From: an uncultured Flavobacteriales bacterium
Lineage (GTDB): Bacteria > Bacteroidota > Bacteroidia > Flavobacteriales > BACL11
Assembly: GCA_943788405.1 (NCBI GenBank)
Contig: CALSQD010000002.1
Coordinates: 1,133,701 to 1,197,700, forward strand
DNA length: 64,000 nt
Reading direction: 5' to 3'
This document shows, in pieces, positions 57,583-64,000 of this stretch. The notes under the pieces are model-generated. The model searched no databases, was not told where the DNA came from, and was given only the letters and a program-made list of their open reading frames with translations. A program made the translations under genes and the position numbers. Each line of letters begins with the position of its first letter. Within the stretch, counting starts at the first letter, position 1.

Positions 57583-58230
57583 TTATTTATTAGAATTCAT
57601 TGCAGTAAGCATATTTCCATATACTTTGTTCAATTGCTCTAAATTTTCAGCTAATGAACTTACTTGTTCTTGGAACCTCTTAGAATCTTCAACAGAAGAT
57701 TGTAAATTCTGTAGGAATAGTGTAGTTGCTTCCATTTGTTGGTTAGAAGCTTGCAACTGTAATTCGTATAATGAATTCATTGCATTCATATTTTTCACTC
57801 CTTCTTGAATTTGACTATTATATTCTGAAATACCTGAAGCAGCAGAAATAGTTTCATTTAGTTGTTTAGCAGACTCTCCAAAAGATCTTAACCCTTCATT
57901 TAAGCTTTCTACTAATTCATTATCAATTTTAGCCTTAGCTAAAGCATCATCTAATTGTTGTGCAGGTCTTTTTGGAGAGTTAGGATCTTCCATATGTGCT
58001 AATTCAGGATATACTAACGACCAATCTAATTCCTCATGCTGCTTTTCAAAAGCAGAGAAGAAGAAAATAATCGCCTCAGTACTTAAACCAAGAATTAGCA
58101 TAAGAGAAGCTCCTGGCAAGTGTTCAATTTTAAATAATGCTCCAATAATTACTAGGGCAGCTCCCCATCCGTATAATTTTGGCATCATTGTTTTGTACCA
58201 TTTTGCTTCTGTAATATTTCCTAAACCCAT
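57583..58230 (-). CDS. gldL: T9SS/gliding motility motor protein GldL (PorL)
   Basis: WYKTMMPKLYGWGAALVIIGALFKIEHLPGA plus a second TM helix containing Glu (STEAIIFFFSAFE), then a coiled-coil cytoplasmic tail. Confidence 0.9.
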   Translation of the reverse strand: MGLGNITEAKWYKTMMPKLYGWGAALVIIGALFKIEHLPGASLMLILGLSTEAIIFFFSAFEKQHEELDWSLVYPELAHMEDPNSPKRPAQQLDDALAKAKIDNELVESLNEGLRSFGESAKQLNETISAASGISEYNSQIQEGVKNMNAMNSLYELQLQASNQQMEATTLFLQNLQSSVEDSKRFQEQVSSLAENLEQLNKVYGNMLTAMNSNK

Positions 58231-58268
58231 TTTTATCTATTTATTTATTGTTAACTATCTTAATTATT

Positions 58269-59579
58269 TTATTCAAAATCTTTTTTATCCCTACCAAGGA
58301 AATCAACTGCACATCTAAACCCAATATAACTTTTTGCAGTATCTTGATATTCAAAAGTTCTTGTACTTGTCTGGATAAAGTATGCGATATCTTTCCAAGA
58401 ACCTCCTCTAATTGATTTTCTTTTTAATACAGCATGATCATCCTCACTAGCATTATAATGGTAATCAGCATTCATATCATGTGAATATGAAAATGCAGAC
58501 TCGTCATAAGCATTTGATGTCCATTCAGCAACATTTCCTGCCATATCATATAGTCCATATCCATTAGGATTATAAGATGCAGTTTTAATTGCTTTTATAC
58601 CACCATCAGCAGTATAATTACCTCTTAAAGGCTTAAAGTTAGCTAAGAAACAACCTTTAATATTACGAGTATAAGGCCCTCCCCAAGGATAAGGTGAAAA
58701 ATCCAATCCACCTCTAGAAGCATATTCCCATTCTGACTCAGAAGGCAATCTAAACTCAGGCAATGTTGGTTGATTTATTTTTCTTAAAAAAGAATTCATC
58801 ATTTGTGTTCTCCATTTTGTAAATGCAGTTGCTTGTTTCCAGTTAATTCCTACAACTGGATAATCGTCAAAAGCAGGATGATGAAAATAGTTTTTTGTAT
58901 AAGGATCATTAAAAGAATAAGCATAATCATGTATCCAAGTTAAAGTATCTGGAAAAATTGAAACTTCAATATCAGATAAAAACTCACTTCTATCTCTTTT
59001 CCCTGGTGCATCACCTTCTCTTTTTGCTTTATTAGCAGCCGCTTGAACATCTAATACTTGGTATTTATATATATACTTTCTAGTATCAAACTCTCTCATT
59101 CCATTCAATCTTTCATGCTCTGGCAAGTACATTTCTTCTTCAAGAATTTCTCTTACTTCAGGATCATTCCATCTAATTTTAGTACTCCAATCAATTTTAG
59201 CAGGTTCTAAGAAATTACCATATTTATCTTCTTCAATCAAATGCCCTTCAATTCCTGCTTCACCTAAAATAGTATGCGCTAAAGAATCCTTTACCCAATT
59301 TACAAATTGACGGTATTCATTGTTTGTAATTTCAGTTTCATCCATATAAAACGCACCAACAGAAACTGTTTTAGAAGCAGTTACATTTGCAAATGGAACA
59401 TCTTGATCAGAAGGCCCCATATTGAAACTTCCTTGCGGAATAAATACCATGCCATAAGGATCTGTAGGATTCCAAATTTGTCTGTTTTGTGTGCCGATAA
59501 GCTCTCCATTTCCTGAGCCACCACAAGCACTTAATAGTGCCACTACTGAACTTAATAATATTACTTTTTTCATATTCAT
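58269..59579 (-). CDS. gldK: T9SS/gliding motility lipoprotein GldK (PorK), FGE-sulfatase (SUMF1) fold
   Basis: Lipobox LLSACGGS. Motifs YMDETEITN.EY..F, NWKQA.AF..W, RLPSE.EWEYA.RGG, YDMAGNVAEWT, IRGGSWKD. Confidence 0.9.
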   Translation of the reverse strand: MNMKKVILLSSVVALLSACGGSGNGELIGTQNRQIWNPTDPYGMVFIPQGSFNMGPSDQDVPFANVTASKTVSVGAFYMDETEITNNEYRQFVNWVKDSLAHTILGEAGIEGHLIEEDKYGNFLEPAKIDWSTKIRWNDPEVREILEEEMYLPEHERLNGMREFDTRKYIYKYQVLDVQAAANKAKREGDAPGKRDRSEFLSDIEVSIFPDTLTWIHDYAYSFNDPYTKNYFHHPAFDDYPVVGINWKQATAFTKWRTQMMNSFLRKINQPTLPEFRLPSESEWEYASRGGLDFSPYPWGGPYTRNIKGCFLANFKPLRGNYTADGGIKAIKTASYNPNGYGLYDMAGNVAEWTSNAYDESAFSYSHDMNADYHYNASEDDHAVLKRKSIRGGSWKDIAYFIQTSTRTFEYQDTAKSYIGFRCAVDFLGRDKKDFE

Positions 59580-59613
59580 ATTTATTTATCACTTTCGTGA
59601 GTTAAATCTACTT

Positions 59614-60534
59614 TTATAAGAACCTTGGGTTTTTATATTTTGAAACAGGCTTGTCATAGTTTATCTTAAAGTTATAGCCCAACATAACTTCTAAAGAATT
59701 ACCCATTGGATTAACCATTGTCACATCATATCCTAAACCAAATCTTAAATCTTCATTCACATTCATACCAGCCAATAAAATCATTCCTTCATCTAACCTA
59801 TAACTAACGCCACCCCACATCTTATTATTGTATATTAAATTAGTATTAATATCCAATTGTGAAGTTGCTCCATCTGACTTTAAATAAATTGAAGGATTTA
59901 AAGATAGTACAGGATTCAACTCATGATAATATCCTGCAATTAAAAAATAATGCCTTGTTAAATTATAATCTTGCCCATCACTCCATTCAATTGTTGGCTC
60001 AGTCATATGTGCAGAAGAAATCCCTACATAAACATCTTGAGTATTATAATAAACACCCGCTCCTATATCCAAACTTGAACCCTGAACATCTCCAGTAGGA
60101 ATCACAGGATCACCACTTTGAGCAGATTTTAAAGCCCCTCCATTTATTCCACTCTGATACATTCCAACTGACATCCCCATACCAATCTGTCCAACTCCTA
60201 ATTCTGTACGATAAGCATAAGAAGCTTGTAAACCTAAGTTACTAAATTCAGCTATATTATCCTTCACAACATTTAACCCAACACCACCATATAAAAATGG
60301 TAACTCAGCATCAATACTGAAGTTTTGAATTGAAGCTGCAGCTCCTCCATCCTCACCAAAACCCATCCATTGTGACCTGTGTAAAACAGATGTAGCTACA
60401 ATTCCTCTACTCCCTGCAAAACCAGGATTATTTGCCAGCTTATTAAACATATTCTGACTAAATTGCGGATCTTGCTGTGCTGAAACAGCAATTACTGACA
60501 AAACACCTAAGATTAGTACAAATATTTTCTTCAT
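59614..60534 (-). CDS. porP: PorP/SprF-family T9SS outer-membrane protein at the head of the gldKLMN operon
   Basis: Signal peptide plus AQQDPQFSQNMFNKLANNPGFAGS. Beta-barrel pattern. porP-porK-L-M-N gene order as in Porphyromonas. Confidence 0.8.
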   Translation of the reverse strand: MKKIFVLILGVLSVIAVSAQQDPQFSQNMFNKLANNPGFAGSRGIVATSVLHRSQWMGFGEDGGAAASIQNFSIDAELPFLYGGVGLNVVKDNIAEFSNLGLQASYAYRTELGVGQIGMGMSVGMYQSGINGGALKSAQSGDPVIPTGDVQGSSLDIGAGVYYNTQDVYVGISSAHMTEPTIEWSDGQDYNLTRHYFLIAGYYHELNPVLSLNPSIYLKSDGATSQLDINTNLIYNNKMWGGVSYRLDEGMILLAGMNVNEDLRFGLGYDVTMVNPMGNSLEVMLGYNFKINYDKPVSKYKNPRFL

Positions 60535-60677
60535 ATTCTTTTGTATAATTGAGAAATTTTGGCGCTAAAATAAACAATTTTTAATTAAGCCTACTAAATA
60601 CTAGCGACTATCTTATGTGTTCAAGAAAATATTAAATTGAATTTCACACCTATTATTCTAACTATCAAGGCGTTTAA

Positions 60678-61838
60678 TTAAATAAACTTGTTGTAAGTTT
60701 TTAACCATCTTTCAGGCACTTCACCCTGATTTGCCACCTCATAATCATGATATGAGCAAGCTACAAAGTAATTTTGCAGTTGTTTTTCACCTTCCTTTTT
60801 AAAAGGAACACCCATCCACCACCTACCACTACTTTGGCTTTTGTAAAAAATAATTTCGTTTTTACCATCTTCAAAGGCAACCGTATATTTTATACAATTT
60901 TTCAAGTTAGGGTTTAATTCCTGTTTGCGCATTTTGTAACCATCAACAAAATACCAAATCATCTGTGCCAATAGCTGAGCAGTTTGATTATTCACATCTA
61001 ACTCCTGATTATACTCAAACAAACCAACAGCTGATAACTTATCGCTCACACCAGCATAGCGCATAATTTTACAAGCCTCCTCCCCATTCAACCCATTAGG
61101 AGAAGCATAAGTATTAGCCTCAGCATAAGCAAATTGAATTGCTGAAATATCAAAACTTAAAAAATCAGTATTTCTCATAACAGGCTCCACTTCCTGAAAA
61201 TTAGCTTTCAAATCTCCTAATCTAACAATGTCAAAATTCATTCTCTTTAACATTTCTGTAGCCATACTTGAAACAAAATAGGATTGATATCCTAAATTAA
61301 CATAATGAAATAAATGACTAGGCTTATGACTTATCATCTTCCCTAAATGGGAAAAAGATGCTAATTTATCTTCCTCTAAACCAATATCAAAACTTTTATC
61401 AACTGAGGTAAGTGTAATATATTTTCCTAAGGAAGCATAAGCTTTATATACTGCATATGAAATATCATGCCCACCACCAATAATAACAGGAATTACTCCA
61501 TCATGCAATAAAGCCTCACAAACATCTTGAATCATCTGGAATGACTCTTTACGAGTTGGCATTAACTGCAAAGTACCTAAATCAACAATCCTTGGTAATT
61601 TTTCTTGATGTAATTGATAAAAAGAAGCTCTTATCTTACAATCTTGATTAACAGAATTATTTTTTGAACCTTCATACTCAGGAACATTAAAAATTGCAAT
61701 TTCAGCAAACTTAACTTCAGGAAAATGATCGGTAGTATGAGAATCAATCAAACGCCCTATTTGTGTAGTTCCCCACCTATCCTTTGCAGCATAAATGCTA
61801 GGATTTAAGGGCTTAAAATAGGAGTGTAATTCAATCAT
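60678..61838 (-). CDS. Arginase/formimidoylglutamase-fold protein with C-terminal extension; metal-binding motifs partly degenerate
   Basis: VIIGGGHDISYAVYKAY (GGGH motif). VDKSFD sits where DAHFD is expected and SFDISAI where D.D..DP is expected. Has an extra C-terminal segment of roughly 80 aa. The start overlaps the topA stop as TAATG. Confidence 0.7.
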   Translation of the reverse strand: MIELHSYFKPLNPSIYAAKDRWGTTQIGRLIDSHTTDHFPEVKFAEIAIFNVPEYEGSKNNSVNQDCKIRASFYQLHQEKLPRIVDLGTLQLMPTRKESFQMIQDVCEALLHDGVIPVIIGGGHDISYAVYKAYASLGKYITLTSVDKSFDIGLEEDKLASFSHLGKMISHKPSHLFHYVNLGYQSYFVSSMATEMLKRMNFDIVRLGDLKANFQEVEPVMRNTDFLSFDISAIQFAYAEANTYASPNGLNGEEACKIMRYAGVSDKLSAVGLFEYNQELDVNNQTAQLLAQMIWYFVDGYKMRKQELNPNLKNCIKYTVAFEDGKNEIIFYKSQSSGRWWMGVPFKKEGEKQLQNYFVACSYHDYEVANQGEVPERWLKTYNKFI

Positions 61839-64000
61839 TATTTTTTCTTTCCTCTAGGTTTTTTAGCAGGTTGATTCTCCCATAAAACAATACATTCATC
61901 TCTAGTTAAATCTTTTGGCTCAGCTCCTTTTGGAATTTTAACATTTATCTTTTTTCCTTTTGGAGGAGATACCTGAATAAAAGGACCATACCTACCATTC
62001 AATACTTGAATTAAAGGATCGCCATCAAAATTAGAAATTAATCTATCTTTATCTGCTTGAATCTTAATTTTTATCAATTCAATTGATCTATCTAAGGCAA
62101 TAGTCAAAGGGTCCTCTTCATCTGTTTTTTTGATAGAAGTAAACTTACCATCATAGCGTAAATACGGACCAAACCTACCTACTGAAGCAACAATTTCTTT
62201 ACCTTCCCACTCACCAACTGTTCTTGGTAATTTAAATAAATCCATTGCCTGATCCAAAGTAATTGTTTGTATAGTTTGCCCTTTAAGCAAAGAAGCAAAT
62301 TTAGGTTTTGGAGCATTTTCATCTTCTTGTTTTTCTCCCATTTGAACTATAGGACCAAAAGGACCGATACGAGCAAATACCTTCTCTCCACTTACAGGGT
62401 CATTTCCTAATTCTCTTTCTCCTGATGCCTTACCTACATTACCGATTACATCCACTACTTTTTCTTTAAACCCTCCATAAAAAGAAGCAATCATTTCATT
62501 CCAAACCTTTTTTCCTTCAGCAATCTCATCAAATTCAGTTTCTACAGATGCAGTAAAACTATATTCCATAACATCAGAAAAATGTTCAACTAAAAAATCA
62601 GTAACAACAATTCCAACATCAGTAGGGAAAAGCTTTTTATTCTCAGCTCCAGTAATAGAAGTTTTTTCTGTTTTAGTAAGGTTTCCATCTATTAATTCAA
62701 TCAATTGAGAAACACGATCTACTCCATCACGACTTTCTTTTTCAATGTATCCTCTTTTTTGGATAGTAGTAATAGTTGCAGCATAAGTTGAAGGCCTTCC
62801 AATACCTAACTCCTCCATCTTTTTTACTAAACTTGCCTCAGCATATCTTGCTGGAGGGCGAGAAAACTGCTCAGAAGCAACTGCTTCAGAAAGTCCTAAA
62901 GCCTCACCAACTTCAAGTTTAGGCAACATTCCTTTTTGCTCCTCATTATCATCATCTTTCCCTTCTAAATACACCTTCATAAACCCTTCAAAAGTAATTA
63001 CCTCACCTTTAGCAACAAATTGCTCTGCAGTATTTGAGATACTAATTTTAACAGTTGTTCTGTCAAACTGAGCATCTGCCATTTGAGAAGAAATTGTTCT
63101 TTTCCAGATTAAATCATACAACCTTTGATGAGAACTATCTCCATCAACAGTTTTGTTATTCATATAAGAAGGGCGAATTGCCTCATGCGCCTCTTGCGCA
63201 CCCTTAGCTTTCTTAGTATACACTCTTCTTTGCGCAAACTCTTCACCATATAAGTTAGTAATTTCTAACTCTGCTGCTGCTAGAGCATCTTGAGATAAAT
63301 TCACACTATCGGTTCTCATGTAGGTGATTTTACCTGCCTCATATAATTTTTGAGCAACCATCATAGTTTGACTTACCGAAAAACCTAGTTTTCGTGATGC
63401 CTCTTGCTGCAATGTTGAAGTAGTAAAAGGAGCTGTAGGTGATTTTTTTGCTGGTTTTTGTTCTAAAGAACCAACCGAGAAAGTTGCATCCTTACATTTT
63501 TCCATAAATGCATAAGCATCCTCATTATTCTTAAATCTTTGCGGTAATTCTGATTTTACTATCTTCCCATCACTATTAATGAAAAAAGCAACTACTTTAT
63601 AAGATGATACTGGAGTAAAGTTAGTAATTTCATTTTCACGCTCTACAATTAAACGCACAGCCACTGACTGCACACGCCCTGCAGAAAGACCTTGTTTTAC
63701 TTTTCTCCAAAGTACAGGTGAAAGCTCAAAACCAACTAATCTATCTAATACACGCCTTGCTTGCTGTGCATTCACTAAGTTAGTATCTAAAACTCTAGGA
63801 TTTTCTACAGCCTTAGTAATTGCTTTCTTTGTAATCTCATGAAAAACAATTCTTTTAGTAGAACTTGCATCTAATTTTAAGGCCTCTGTTAAGTGCCAAG
63901 CAATTGCTTCCCCTTCACGATCCTCATCAGTAGCAAGCCAAACAGTATCGGCTTTTTTTGCTACACTTTTTAAGCGACTTACTACTTTAGTTTTATCTTC
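61838..64000 (-). CDS. topA: DNA topoisomerase I; N-terminus cut by the window edge
   Basis: The frame stays open to nt 64000. The TOPRIM motif WLATDEDREGEAIAWH is encoded at about 63890-63940. Also has NAQQARRVLDRLVGFELSPVLW, ITYMRTDS and a C-terminal basic tail. Confidence 0.92.
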   Translation of the reverse strand, partial: EDKTKVVSRLKSVAKKADTVWLATDEDREGEAIAWHLTEALKLDASSTKRIVFHEITKKAITKAVENPRVLDTNLVNAQQARRVLDRLVGFELSPVLWRKVKQGLSAGRVQSVAVRLIVERENEITNFTPVSSYKVVAFFINSDGKIVKSELPQRFKNNEDAYAFMEKCKDATFSVGSLEQKPAKKSPTAPFTTSTLQQEASRKLGFSVSQTMMVAQKLYEAGKITYMRTDSVNLSQDALAAAELEITNLYGEEFAQRRVYTKKAKGAQEAHEAIRPSYMNNKTVDGDSSHQRLYDLIWKRTISSQMADAQFDRTTVKISISNTAEQFVAKGEVITFEGFMKVYLEGKDDDNEEQKGMLPKLEVGEALGLSEAVASEQFSRPPARYAEASLVKKMEELGIGRPSTYAATITTIQKRGYIEKESRDGVDRVSQLIELIDGNLTKTEKTSITGAENKKLFPTDVGIVVTDFLVEHFSDVMEYSFTASVETEFDEIAEGKKVWNEMIASFYGGFKEKVVDVIGNVGKASGERELGNDPVSGEKVFARIGPFGPIVQMGEKQEDENAPKPKFASLLKGQTIQTITLDQAMDLFKLPRTVGEWEGKEIVASVGRFGPYLRYDGKFTSIKKTDEEDPLTIALDRSIELIKIKIQADKDRLISNFDGDPLIQVLNGRYGPFIQVSPPKGKKINVKIPKGAEPKDLTRDECIVLWENQPAKKPRGKKK

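Overview
AT-rich Bacteroidota window, probably from a gliding Flavobacteriia/Cytophagia-like organism; this is a guess from gene content only. It has three blocks. (1) 1-30.9 kb is a surface-adhesin island. It holds four large or giant repeat proteins with type IX secretion (T9SS) C-terminal sorting domains, two type B and two type A. With them are dedicated PorP/SprF-like genes (one fused to thrombospondin-type-3 repeats and an OmpA domain), an NlpC/P60 lipoprotein and a smaller type-A cargo. The block also holds a decayed IS481-family transposase, an orphan sulfotransferase and a TPR-like/SPOR-like protein. (2) 30.9-54.9 kb is one long minus-strand run of glycan biosynthesis genes. It contains two Wzx/Wzy-type gene sets and two initiating phosphoglycosyltransferases. 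It also has gmd/fcl, ugd, a WbpA/TviB-family dehydrogenase, a PglF/PglE/PglC-like trio, a FemAB-like protein, a sulfotransferase and a GpsA paralog. No Wza or Wzc was found. (3) 54.9-64 kb is the T9SS core operon porP-gldK-gldL-gldM-gldN, preceded by an arginase-fold gene and topA, which is cut by the window edge. I saw no rRNA, tRNA, CRISPR array or recognisable defence system. The most unusual content is the 2638-aa mosaic cargo built from modules I cannot assign to named families, the cargo/PorP-OmpA/NlpC-P60 cassette, and the sulfotransferase- and FemAB-like-containing glycan loci directly abutting the T9SS core. An unannotated 41-codon lipoprotein ORF is also worth a look. All functional calls come from motif recognition by eye; no searches were run.
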